IMG/VR virus record: IMGVR_UViG_3300045971_000895
Coordinates: 64,001-128,000 of that record
From: a virus
Length of the DNA: 64,000 bases
Strand: one strand, 5' to 3'
The position numbers were made by a program, and so were the translations under genes. The notes below the pieces were generated by a model. That model did not search any database and was not told where the DNA came from. It saw nothing but the letters and a program-made list of their open reading frames with translations. Every line of letters starts with the position of its first letter. Positions within the stretch are counted from its first letter, which is position 1. Below, in pieces: positions 19,401-26,502 of the stretch.

Positions 19401-20826
19401 CTCTCCGCTCTTCCGTGTCGCCAATGATGTGGCCGCGAGCGTGCCCGTCATGGACGTCACCAAGGACGGATTCACCCTCTACGAAAACGGCTCCCAGTAC
19501 ACGTCCATGGAGCTCATCGAACGGATCTGGAGAAGGATCGCCAGGTACGGGACGGTTGGGTCGGCCGGCGTCCAGTACTTCTGGCGCGGCAACATCTCGG
19601 CTCAGGTCATGGGGGGCTGCCCCAACATCACCAAGCTGACGGCCACGAAGCAGGTCTGGGACACCACCCTCAAGGCGGGTGCTCTCCTGCTCACGTTGCA
19701 GCCTTCCTCGAACTCGGACAACCTCGAGGCGATGCGGCACGCCACGGTCGAGTGGTACACGATGGACCGGGCCTGGGACCGCAGCACGTACCCGACCCAG
19801 TACAAGGACACCGGAGGGACGAACGGCACGGTCAGTGCGGTGCTTCTCAAGTCCTTCCACTCGATCTCAGATCGGCTCTTCGCGTCGCTCACCTCATCGG
19901 ATGCGGTGAACGCAACCGGCATCACGGCAACCATGTGCCTCCCCACCATGGGAGCGGGCACCGTACCGGCTGCCCGCATCACCATCTACAACGCCTTCGG
20001 GGGCTCCAGCACCTACTGGTTCGTCACCACCACGACGGACTCGACGCTCTACATGATCCCGGGCGGCGCCGGCTTGCCGACGCCACTCCCTGACGTCTAC
20101 CTGACTCCTGCTGCGCAGACCGTCTGGCAGAACGACGGAGAGACCGCGTTCCTCTCCATCGTGGGAGGGACTGGTCCATTCACTCTCTCCACCCCCACAG
20201 GTGGTGCGAATGGCCACTGGATCACGTCCAGCCCGACGGCGAGCAGGTCGGTATCGTGGCAGCCGACTGCGGCGTCCTTCCCCTCCGGCGCTACCGTCCA
20301 GGTGACCGACGCCAACGGCAAGACGGCGACCGCGACCATCACCGTCAATGACACCGCCGCAGGCGCGGACCCAGTAACGGACTGCTGCCTCTGTGTGGTG
20401 CCAGGCACTCCAATCCTCCTGCCCGACAATCGGGTGGTGGCGGTCGAGACCCTCAAGGTGGGAGACCAGGTCTGGACCAAGCCAGACTCCGGAGTCGACG
20501 TCTGGGGATCCTTCCCGATCAAGGCTGTGAACATCAACAAGCTTCCCATCGTTCGAGTGGAGCTCGAGGACGGGCGCATCCTTCGCGTCACCCCGAGCCA
20601 TCGCTTCTTCTCGGGTGGTGGTTGGCTCATGGCCTACGACCTCGAGCCCGGAGAGATCCTCGATGGCTCGCAGCCTGGGGTGGTGAAGCAGATCGTGGAT
20701 GAGAAGGTCACCGCCGTGACCGTGTCCATCACCGTGGCGGGGGCCAGGACCTACGTGTCCGATGGGCTCCTCTCGCACAACATCTCGAACCCGCACTGCC
20801 CCGGCGGCCTCAACGCGGGCTGCTAA
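16456..20826 (+). CDS. tail fibre/receptor-binding-like giant protein (1456 aa) with C-terminal Hint (intein-like) autoprocessing domain
   Basis: RBS GGAGTGA. Ser/Thr/Gly/Val-rich beta-structure and an internal 81-aa tandem repeat. The C-terminus begins with Cys (DCCLCVVPGTPILLPDN..), has a TxxH block (RVTPSH), and ends ...VSDGLLSHN-ISNPHCPGGLNAGC. Confidence 0.6.
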   Translation: MSMDFYRRPQLAGTALRFPDYPMLRGSVHRHDPDGVSSAPYFPLATGGDLTLLVDGTPFTVTLTANPSAQTVVTAINAVISSKGYAYDEGGVVHVRTLSRVGSVEVTGTPSVALALGFDLRLGALRTYAGDVAGAGEGRINNLFGAVMPVPGESLNSESFVRALARLSANLDVLLSDGNRTTPQFVEWGTVTSIDDTSGNYSLVSITPNAPYVGLGVSNGLGSLRAGVTLVKAAIAPFFYLTAASGYYPSPHQAVGVVKAAFLSELTGAAPYANATSAAGPGNVFGLSLVKAGPYQIDEILGGRVVYRSGGFGAARVGDYVEIRPDANTTKLPWANNGIRWKVEAVIGNGLSLAPLSKAELTDAGLSGANEVQPIVSLNGTRGNTENFGGLYLWTGPTIDAPKLVVSPPMAPSAIGTVVWAAVPSSPRSRAHGEGMNNPALNILAQGFPHNDVIVTKGTMSLTVGTLTVSGMVIRKNGFRNDVSSTLTGLGSYTGYIILTTSGAATLATSAGTLLPGTGIPIAKVVSGAITHDLRIAGEVTEHVTVGGAYAMLPDIQTAIYYCALRAVDVTEIVVTYDQASPVGGWVTAGYPIMIRGENPSISLARNGSSPLLTSSDSQKVILKNLTLPVSDPKVGELFVSPSSTIFAVDCFDSITGDLVSMANLSTGVGGEVAIYGGQGTLSLFGATSTRVGDGSITVYLGTNATTVSLGGASTSTVVLGTLAVTLSISGASITVTGSAQASTLIGTTKVSTPVVEGYAGTLSLFGTTSTTVGTGSANTYVGVSNVGVYLGTNATLVAIGAVSTTVSGTLAVTQSISSSSATVTNANGTVSLVDGSAILTRGLRVGAAGAAPATGEAILSAKLTVPVIESGYVPAQSVSGVVIAFTVESFQMSLTDVAKFRTGDTVTDTLNADDHGVITGINYSTGWVTTDPGGLWTSWETGHTLTANQATIGVSPLTLRANTVGDGPVRVAPKDGPKTDTSPLFRVANDVAASVPVMDVTKDGFTLYENGSQYTSMELIERIWRRIARYGTVGSAGVQYFWRGNISAQVMGGCPNITKLTATKQVWDTTLKAGALLLTLQPSSNSDNLEAMRHATVEWYTMDRAWDRSTYPTQYKDTGGTNGTVSAVLLKSFHSISDRLFASLTSSDAVNATGITATMCLPTMGAGTVPAARITIYNAFGGSSTYWFVTTTTDSTLYMIPGGAGLPTPLPDVYLTPAAQTVWQNDGETAFLSIVGGTGPFTLSTPTGGANGHWITSSPTASRSVSWQPTAASFPSGATVQVTDANGKTATATITVNDTAAGADPVTDCCLCVVPGTPILLPDNRVVAVETLKVGDQVWTKPDSGVDVWGSFPIKAVNINKLPIVRVELEDGRILRVTPSHRFFSGGGWLMAYDLEPGEILDGSQPGVVKQIVDEKVTAVTVSITVAGARTYVSDGLLSHNISNPHCPGGLNAGC
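18493..18960 (+). repeat. in-frame tandem repeat (two ~81-aa units: GTLSLFG[AT]TST.VG.GS...YLGTNAT.V..G..ST.V.GTLAVT.SIS) within the fibre gene
   Basis: Unit 1 spans 18493-18735 and unit 2 starts at 18736 (offset 243 nt). Unit 2 carries a short insertion. Confidence 0.5.
20383..20826 (+). other. Hint/intein-like domain at the C-terminus of the fibre protein
   Basis: N-terminal Cys block, TxxH block, and a terminal HN followed by a short 14-aa tail. Confidence 0.5.
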
Positions 20827-20838
20827 TAAGGAGGAAGT

Positions 20839-21180
20839 ATGAAGGCCAAGGCGACGTACAAGCAGTTCCAGAAGGGCATCAAGCCCTACAAGCAGAGCAT
20901 TCGTGCCTTCTTGGGCTGGCTCTCCGGTCTGCTGCTCCAGATCATCCCGCAGGGCGGCTACGACGCGGCCATCACCTGGCCCTGGAAGAAGTGGGCCTTC
21001 ACCCTCGGGGTCGCCGCCATTCCCGGCTTCATGGGTCTCATGAAGGGTGGGGACACCAACCCCACCGACGAGGAGATGTTCGAGAAGGTGCGTGCCGTGA
21101 AGCTGGCCAAGAAGGCGGCCGCCGGCGTGGAGACCACCGGAGAGCTTCCTCTTCCTGCCCCCGTCTTGCCCAAGGACTGA
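20839..21180 (+). CDS. small membrane protein, holin-like (2 predicted TM helices)
   Basis: Strong RBS AAGGAGGA. Hydrophobic segments AFLGWLSGLLLQIIP and WAFTLGVAAIPGFMGLM. Charged C-terminus. Confidence 0.4.
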   Translation: MKAKATYKQFQKGIKPYKQSIRAFLGWLSGLLLQIIPQGGYDAAITWPWKKWAFTLGVAAIPGFMGLMKGGDTNPTDEEMFEKVRAVKLAKKAAAGVETTGELPLPAPVLPKD

Positions 21181-21181
21181 C

Positions 21182-21544
21182 ATGGCAGACCTTCCGCGCA
21201 TCCTCTGGGGAATGACCTACACCCAAGCGACCTGGGTGTTCCTCGGCGTCGCTCTGCTCATCGTCGAGGTCATCGCGCTCGTCCGGGGCGACCCGCCGCT
21301 CACCGACGCGATGAGGAGTGGTGCAGAGAGGTGGATGCTGTGGCCCGCGCTCTGGGGCACCCTCTGCGGCCACTTCTTCGGCAGCAAGGGCGGCCCCGCC
21401 TGGGGGCCCTTCATCCTCATCGGCCTCGCCCTCCTCGTCATCTACCGAGACTTCTTCCTCCGTGACCGCGTGCCCTCCGCCACGCACCTCGAGGTCTGCC
21501 TCATCTTCATGGGCCTCGGGGCCTGGCTCTGGGGGAGCCGGTGA
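21182..21544 (+). CDS. polytopic membrane protein (3-4 TM), second holin/antiholin candidate
   Basis: Several hydrophobic helices, e.g. WVFLGVALLIVEVIALV, FILIGLALLVIY and LIFMGLGAWLWG. Confidence 0.4.
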   Translation: MADLPRILWGMTYTQATWVFLGVALLIVEVIALVRGDPPLTDAMRSGAERWMLWPALWGTLCGHFFGSKGGPAWGPFILIGLALLVIYRDFFLRDRVPSATHLEVCLIFMGLGAWLWGSR

Positions 21545-22305
21545 TCTCCTTCGAGAAGGTCAAGCCCTTCATCCCGTGGGTGCCGGTGATACTGCTGGCG
21601 GTGGCCATCTTCCTTTTCGTCTCCGCGCTCAACCGGGCCCGTTCCGCAGAGGACGCGTTGGGCAAGGCGGAGGAGAGGGAGAAGCTGCTCAAGGCCAACC
21701 TCACCGTGGAGGCTGAGAGGTCGAAGAAGGACCTCACCGCGGCCGAGAAGCTCATCGCCAGCAAGGATGCCGACTTCACCGCGGAGCGGGCGAAGCTCTG
21801 GAAGGCGCTGGGCGAGAAGCCCAAGGTCATCACGGTGGTGGAGTGGCGGACCATCCCAAGCCCCACCCTCCCCGCGGCGCCAGGCACGCCGGCTCGGGAG
21901 TGTCCCGTGGCGGGCCCGGATGGGAAGAAGCCGGACATCTTGGTGGTGGAGGGCGACACGGGGCACGTCGAGATCTCCGAGGTCACCTACGAGACCAAGA
22001 ACAACAACCACGTCTTCATCGGTACGGGCTCCTGCTGGCGCGACACACCGACCGGCCGGAAGCTCTGGGCAAGTGCTGTGCAGGGACAGGCGCCTGTGGC
22101 ATTGAGAGAGAAGGAGCCCACACCGTTCCGCTGGGGAGTTGGCGGCACCGTGGTGGCTACGTCAGACAAGCTGGGGGCGGGACCGGTTCTACTCTTCCCT
22201 CCATTCGAGACGTGGGGGCTCCAGTGGGATGGTTCAGCTGGCGCCGCCTTCAGCGCCAAAGGATTCGTTGCCGCACAGGGCCAGCTCGGGGTGCGGTGGA
22301 GATAG
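21541..22305 (+). CDS. N-terminal TM plus coiled-coil protein (spanin-like?)
   Basis: GTGA overlap with the upstream gene. N-terminal TM (FIPWVPVILLAVAIFLFVSAL) followed by a K/E/A-rich helical region. Confidence 0.3.
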   Translation: MISFEKVKPFIPWVPVILLAVAIFLFVSALNRARSAEDALGKAEEREKLLKANLTVEAERSKKDLTAAEKLIASKDADFTAERAKLWKALGEKPKVITVVEWRTIPSPTLPAAPGTPARECPVAGPDGKKPDILVVEGDTGHVEISEVTYETKNNNHVFIGTGSCWRDTPTGRKLWASAVQGQAPVALREKEPTPFRWGVGGTVVATSDKLGAGPVLLFPPFETWGLQWDGSAGAAFSAKGFVAAQGQLGVRWR

Positions 22306-22350
22306 CGGCCTCCCGCAGGATTGGCCTGCGGGGTAACAAGGAGGTCGCAG

Positions 22351-22656
22351 ATGGACAGGAAGCTCGAGGTTGGCAGCAGCATCATCTTCGTGGATGCGAA
22401 GGCGGTTCGTCACAACGCGCTGGTCACCATCGTGTGGGATCAGGTGGCCGAGTACGCGGGTCGCTGGGAGAAGGACGCCGAGGGCAAGGATGTCTGGAAG
22501 CAGGTCTCGGCATGGCCCGGTTGCAACCTGGTCTTCATCAGTGGGGACCCGGAGCGCAAGGACTCGTGTGGTCGGCAGATGGAGCGCCAGACCAGCGTGA
22601 TTCACAAGACGATGCAGCCCGCCCACGGGATGTACTGGTGCTGGCCGGATGAGTAG
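22351..22656 (+). CDS. hypothetical protein (101 aa)
   Basis: Strong RBS AAGGAGG 6 nt before ATG 22351. The track ORF begins at 22321, but this ATG fits the RBS better. Confidence 0.35.
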   Translation: MDRKLEVGSSIIFVDAKAVRHNALVTIVWDQVAEYAGRWEKDAEGKDVWKQVSAWPGCNLVFISGDPERKDSCGRQMERQTSVIHKTMQPAHGMYWCWPDE

Positions 22657-22721
22657 CCACTAGGGGCGAACGGGAACCTTCCAATGGGACCTGGGACCTC
22701 CACTATCTGCGACCACCAATC

Positions 22722-23198
22722 ATGTTGAAACTCGCCAAGGTCAGACCTCACCAACAGGAGACGCAGCGGACCTGCTCTGCGGCCTGCCTTCGCGCCGTGC
22801 TGCTGCACCATGGTAAGGATGTCCCAGAGGCCTTGCTGGCGAAGGCCATCGGAGTAGCGCACTACGGGGCCGAGCTCTACCAGATCGTGGGGGCGGCGCG
22901 GGCGTTGGGGTTCACAGCGAAGCAAGTCGAGTTCAAGAGCTTGTCGGACGCCTTCAAGCTCCTCGAGCAGGACGTCCCCCTCATCTGCGATGTGCAGAGC
23001 TGGACGAAGAAGGGGAGCGGGCACTACGTCGTTCTCGTGAACGAGAGCGGCGGCCGGGTCAACATCATGGACCCGAACGTCTCAGGCAACTGGCGCACCT
23101 TGTCCGTGAAGGACTTCGATGAGCGCTGGTGGGACGGAGACAACGTCTACAGGGGTCGTGTACTTCGTCGGCCTGCTGTCATCGTTCGACCGAGGTAA
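22722..23198 (+). CDS. papain-like cysteine peptidase, C39-like domain (possible lysis or processing peptidase)
   Basis: Q-x6-C-S-A-A-C-L motif (QQETQRTCSAACLRAVL), a downstream GHYVVL His block and an Asp. Confidence 0.5.
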   Translation: MLKLAKVRPHQQETQRTCSAACLRAVLLHHGKDVPEALLAKAIGVAHYGAELYQIVGAARALGFTAKQVEFKSLSDAFKLLEQDVPLICDVQSWTKKGSGHYVVLVNESGGRVNIMDPNVSGNWRTLSVKDFDERWWDGDNVYRGRVLRRPAVIVRPR

Positions 23199-23201
23199 CA
23201 C

Positions 23202-23378
23202 ATGGCAGGAACAGACAAGCGCAAGCAGTCGCTGTACTTCCCCGAAGACATGCTCGACGAGATGCAGGCGGAGGCCAACCGGCAGGACCGGTCTCTTTCC
23301 TGGATCGTCCAGCAGGCCTGGCGGGTGGCGAAAGAGAAGATCTACGAGTACCCGGGCATCAACGACCTGACCAAGTAG
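23202..23378 (+). CDS. ribbon-helix-helix (CopG/Arc-like) DNA-binding protein, 58 aa
   Basis: Not in the ORF track (under 60 aa). RBS GAGG upstream. Predicted N-terminal beta-strand KRKQSLYFPEDM followed by two helices. Confidence 0.55.
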   Translation: MAGTDKRKQSLYFPEDMLDEMQAEANRQDRSLSWIVQQAWRVAKEKIYEYPGINDLTK

Positions 23379-23386
23379 GAGAACAC

Positions 23387-23692
23387 ATGGCTCTGCAACT
23401 CAACCTCACCGCTGATAGGACCGCCGTGGGTCTCGCGGCCCCAGAGGCGTACGCTCGAATCGTGCACCTCGCCTTCGACACCAAGACGGGGCAGGTCACT
23501 CTGGCCGTCGACGTGCACGCGGACGCGGCCGCACGGGAGGCAGAGAAGTCCCCGGTGACAGGGGGCATCTACCGCGGCGTCACGGGCGTCGACATGCCCA
23601 ACATCGACGACGCACTCGCTGCCGGGGTGCGCTCTTCGCTCTACACCTGGCTGAAGAGCTTGCCGGACTTCGCTGGAGCGGTCGACGTCTGA
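23387..23692 (+). CDS. hypothetical protein (101 aa)
   Basis: Internal ATG with an AGGA RBS, inside the longer track ORF 23129..23692. GC3 bias from this ATG onward. Confidence 0.4.
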   Translation: MALQLNLTADRTAVGLAAPEAYARIVHLAFDTKTGQVTLAVDVHADAAAREAEKSPVTGGIYRGVTGVDMPNIDDALAAGVRSSLYTWLKSLPDFAGAVDV

Positions 23693-23705
23693 GGGCTAAG
23701 AAAGA

Positions 23706-23735
23706 GGGGAGGCACTCAGGACCGAGTGCCTCCCC
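23706..23735. terminator. bidirectional stem-loop terminator at the convergent + / - boundary
   Basis: Perfect 12-bp stem GGGGAGGCACTC / GAGTGCCTCCCC with loop AGGACC. Lies between the last + gene and the first - gene. Confidence 0.45.
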
Positions 23736-23897
23736 GTTCTGCCTCTTAGGTGTGTCGTGCCGGCGAGCGGAGGTTTAGGTAGTTGCAGCCTCTCCGGTTG
23801 ACCCTCGCTGCACAGTCCCTACGGCTCCTGAACAAAGCGGTTCCACATCAGCTGAGCCACCTAAGCCGAAGGGTCCGCAACTGCTTACCCGCAGATC

Positions 23898-24782
23898 CTA
23901 CACCTGCGGCTGCTTCTTATTGTGGGCCTTGTGGAAGTACTTGAACGTCTCGTTGATGGCCACCTCGCCGGTCATGGCCTCCTGCTTGATGACGAGGAGG
24001 GTCTGCTTCTTCAGGTGAGCCATGAGGGCGCGCAGGACCACCACGACGATGCCGTTCCGCTCCCGGTTGTTGGCGGCCTCCGTACGGATGAGCCACTCGC
24101 GCAGCGTGTACGCCGGGCTCCCCTTGTGCCACCCATCCCCCGTGCCGTCGCGCAGGAGGATTGCGAAGTTGTTCACTTCCTCTGGGGCAGTGGGGTAGGC
24201 GTAGGCCATGGCGCCGATGATGGGGGCACGCGCCAGGGGCTCACGGGTGAGGACACCGATGGCCCACTCGAGACCGCTCTTGTGCCTCGAGATGATGTCG
24301 CGAGCCATGTCGACGGTCAGCTTGCCGCCGTACTCCCTCTTCTCGATGAAGCGGATGACCCGGCAGCCGGCCTCGTAGCGCCGGCCGTTCTCCAGGCCGT
24401 CGAAGAGGTGGAGCTGGTCCCCGATCTTCCGGACCAGCATGCCATCGATGACGACCATGGCTTCCCTGCGGACGCCCCAGGTCACCATCATGGGGATGCT
24501 GATCTTCTTCTCCTCGCCGGCCACCTCCTGGGCGAGGACGACCGCCATGAGCCGGTGCTGCCCATCCATCAGCACTCCCGCGTTGTCGAAGGCGAGGCCC
24601 TGGTGGGTGAGGTGCCACTTGTCGGCCAGCATGTCGGTGGCGTAGGTGTCCACCCGGTTCTGGCTGAAGTTGCGGTTGTGTGAGTTCGTCGCCAACCACT
24701 TCTTGGCGATGGTCATGGTGATGTTGACGACCTCCTGTCGGAGGACGCCGGACTTCAAGGCAATCACGTTCGTGGAGGACAT
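23898..24782 (-). CDS. ParB/sulfiredoxin-like nuclease-domain protein with DGQHR motif (DndB/DpdB-like)
   Basis: LMDGQHRLMAV motif in the N-terminal domain. 294 aa, with a GGAAGG RBS. Confidence 0.55.
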   Translation of the reverse strand: MSSTNVIALKSGVLRQEVVNITMTIAKKWLATNSHNRNFSQNRVDTYATDMLADKWHLTHQGLAFDNAGVLMDGQHRLMAVVLAQEVAGEEKKISIPMMVTWGVRREAMVVIDGMLVRKIGDQLHLFDGLENGRRYEAGCRVIRFIEKREYGGKLTVDMARDIISRHKSGLEWAIGVLTREPLARAPIIGAMAYAYPTAPEEVNNFAILLRDGTGDGWHKGSPAYTLREWLIRTEAANNRERNGIVVVVLRALMAHLKKQTLLVIKQEAMTGEVAINETFKYFHKAHNKKQPQV

Positions 24783-24811
24783 CGTTACCTTCCATCCCGA
24801 GAAGAAAGAAA

Positions 24812-24840
24812 GAGGCCCGCCTCAGACTAGCGCGGGCCTC
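24812..24840. terminator. stem-loop downstream of the basic-protein gene
   Basis: GAGGCCCGC-ctcagactag-GCGGGCCTC, a 9-bp stem. Confidence 0.4.
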
Positions 24841-24863
24841 CGGGTGATTCCGCTACTTCTCGG

Positions 24864-25046
24864 CTAGGCCGTGGGGGCGACCTTGGCCTGGAGCTTCGCC
24901 AGCTTCTCGCCGACCTTCACGGCCTTGGCGGAGAGGCGGTCGGTCGTCTTGCTGCTCTTCTCGACGGCCTTGGTGAGCGCCTTCAGGTCCTTCGAGGCGG
25001 CGCGGATCTTCTGGTTCAGCGAGGGCTTCGTGGTGTTCTTTGCCAT
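24864..25046 (-). CDS. small Lys/Ala-rich basic protein (H1/Hc1-like nucleoid protein?)
   Basis: 60 aa, about 30% Lys, AKAVK-type composition. GC3 bias. Confidence 0.4.
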   Translation of the reverse strand: MAKNTTKPSLNQKIRAASKDLKALTKAVEKSSKTTDRLSAKAVKVGEKLAKLQAKVAPTA

Positions 25047-25095
25047 GGTGTAGTTCTCCTTCGGGGTAGTGAACGGCCATCCGGGCCGTGCGGTT

Positions 25096-25536
25096 CTACG
25101 TTGCTACTGGGGCTTCTTCCTCGTCCTGCAAGAAGAGCTCATGAGCGAGCAGCATCTTCCTAGCATCTTCCAAGTCCTTTGCGTGATGAACTGAGTGCAA
25201 ATGATAGAAGATGTTCTTCGGCTTCTCGGGATGCTTACCGTCGAGAACGACGATGAACTTCCCTGCGGCCAGGGCCATTCCGAACTCCGTGAAGCCCCCA
25301 GCCATTCCGGCGTAGTTCAACAGCACGAAGGCGTCGCAGGAGAGAACCCCATCGACGTCCTTCTCGGCGCAGCCTTCGAGATAGGCCTCGAGGAACTTGC
25401 CGTGGAGACCTTCTGCGTTCTCTTCGGTCCAGTCGTGGGTGATGGTGTGCCCGTCCTCCCTGAGGGCGAGGTACACTTCGTGGACCGCCTTGGTGTTCTC
25501 GAACTTGGTACCACAGTAAACTCTCACGTCTTGCAT
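25096..25536 (-). CDS. nucleoside 2-deoxyribosyltransferase-like (Rcl/DNPH1-like) protein
   Basis: Internal ATG at 25536 with a GAAGGG RBS. Rossmann-like VYCG..., DGHTITHDW, VLLNYAGMAGGFTEFGMALAAGKFIVVL. The longer track ORF upstream of this ATG has junk-like composition. Confidence 0.5.
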   Translation of the reverse strand: MQDVRVYCGTKFENTKAVHEVYLALREDGHTITHDWTEENAEGLHGKFLEAYLEGCAEKDVDGVLSCDAFVLLNYAGMAGGFTEFGMALAAGKFIVVLDGKHPEKPKNIFYHLHSVHHAKDLEDARKMLLAHELFLQDEEEAPVAT

Positions 25537-25742
25537 CCCTTCGGAATGGCGGCGAGGCAGGCTTTGCACTGCTGCTCTGCCTCTGGCGGGTAGGGCTTCG
25601 GTCTTCCTTCTTGGATGGTGCTGATCCACTCGCGCCAACAGAGCGATGAGAAGACCATACCCAGGTTGCTGTTCTTGGCGGTGCGAGTGAAGAGGTGGTA
25701 GTTGCGGTCCTCTCCTCCACCTCTTCTCCAGAAGGCCTTCAT
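25524..25742 (-). CDS. small Cys-containing protein (72 aa)
   Basis: Its 13-nt overlap with the downstream start suggests translational coupling. Contains a CKAC motif. Confidence 0.35.
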   Translation of the reverse strand: MKAFWRRGGGEDRNYHLFTRTAKNSNLGMVFSSLCWREWISTIQEGRPKPYPPEAEQQCKACLAAIPKGCKT

Positions 25743-25748
25743 GCTCCC

Positions 25749-26246
25749 TCAGTCGATGAGGCCATACAGGCTGACCTCGTCGTGCTTGGGTGCCCTGGTG
25801 TTGAGGATGGAGCGCAACTCCTTCTCGTTCTCCACCAGGTACTTCTCGACCGTGGTCCCTACCGGCCCCACGAAGACGATGAAGCGAGGCTTCCTCTCTC
25901 CGATCCTCATGCCTTGCAGCGCAGGGAACAGGTCCCCCAGCTGAATGCCCAACCCCACCTTCCCTTCCGAGACTTCCTTCTCGAAGAGAACTCCGATGAC
26001 GGCCATCTCGGCTTCGTAGTCGGTGGTGTTGGGCCCGATGGAAAGGAAGAGAACTGTCTCGCCTGACTTGAAGGGAACCACCCGCCTGTTGGCAACCAGG
26101 GGGTGGTCCTTCACGACTCCAAGACGGAGTCCATCCTCGACGATCTTGCGGACCTGTCGACGGATGGACTCCTCTTGGAACCCCTTCGCCCCTTCGACCC
26201 TCTCTCGGAAGCGGTCGACGGCGTGCTTCGTGACTGCGATTCTCAT
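25749..26246 (-). CDS. hypothetical protein (165 aa)
   Basis: GC3 bias. N-terminal MRIAVTKHAVDRFRER. Confidence 0.45.
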   Translation of the reverse strand: MRIAVTKHAVDRFRERVEGAKGFQEESIRRQVRKIVEDGLRLGVVKDHPLVANRRVVPFKSGETVLFLSIGPNTTDYEAEMAVIGVLFEKEVSEGKVGLGIQLGDLFPALQGMRIGERKPRFIVFVGPVGTTVEKYLVENEKELRSILNTRAPKHDEVSLYGLID

Positions 26247-26470
26247 CTGCCATCCCTGACGGTCACCGAGGAGTTGATGATCCTCGTGATGATGGTCGAC
26301 TTCTTCGTGCCCAGCGGGATGACGATGCCGAGGATCCTGTCTGCGAACTCAACGAGCTGTGGCTCCGTCATCGCGAGGAGGTCAGCGTCGGTGAGGGACA
26401 GGTACGTGGTTGGGGCGACGGTGTTGGGGCGCCGACCCATGGGAGGAAGTGGGACCTCTTCGGCCTTCAC
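26243..26470 (-). CDS. hypothetical protein (75 aa)
   Basis: Overlaps the downstream start by 4 nt. Confidence 0.4.
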   Translation of the reverse strand: MKAEEVPLPPMGRRPNTVAPTTYLSLTDADLLAMTEPQLVEFADRILGIVIPLGTKKSTIITRIINSSVTVRDGR

Positions 26471-26502
26471 TTCCTCCCGGGGGCTGATGGCTGCCGACGC
26501 CC

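Noticed and set aside
23693-23897. Possible tRNA in the 200-nt gap at the strand switch.
   Set aside because: No GTTCGAATC/GTTCAAATC-like T-loop and no D-arm consensus. The only structures are terminator-type hairpins.
25096-26253. 385-aa ORF covering the NDT-like gene and extending far upstream.
   Set aside because: Only the last 146 codons (from ATG 25536, with a GAAGGG RBS) look like a real protein. The upstream part is Arg-rich junk overlapping two well-supported genes in other frames.
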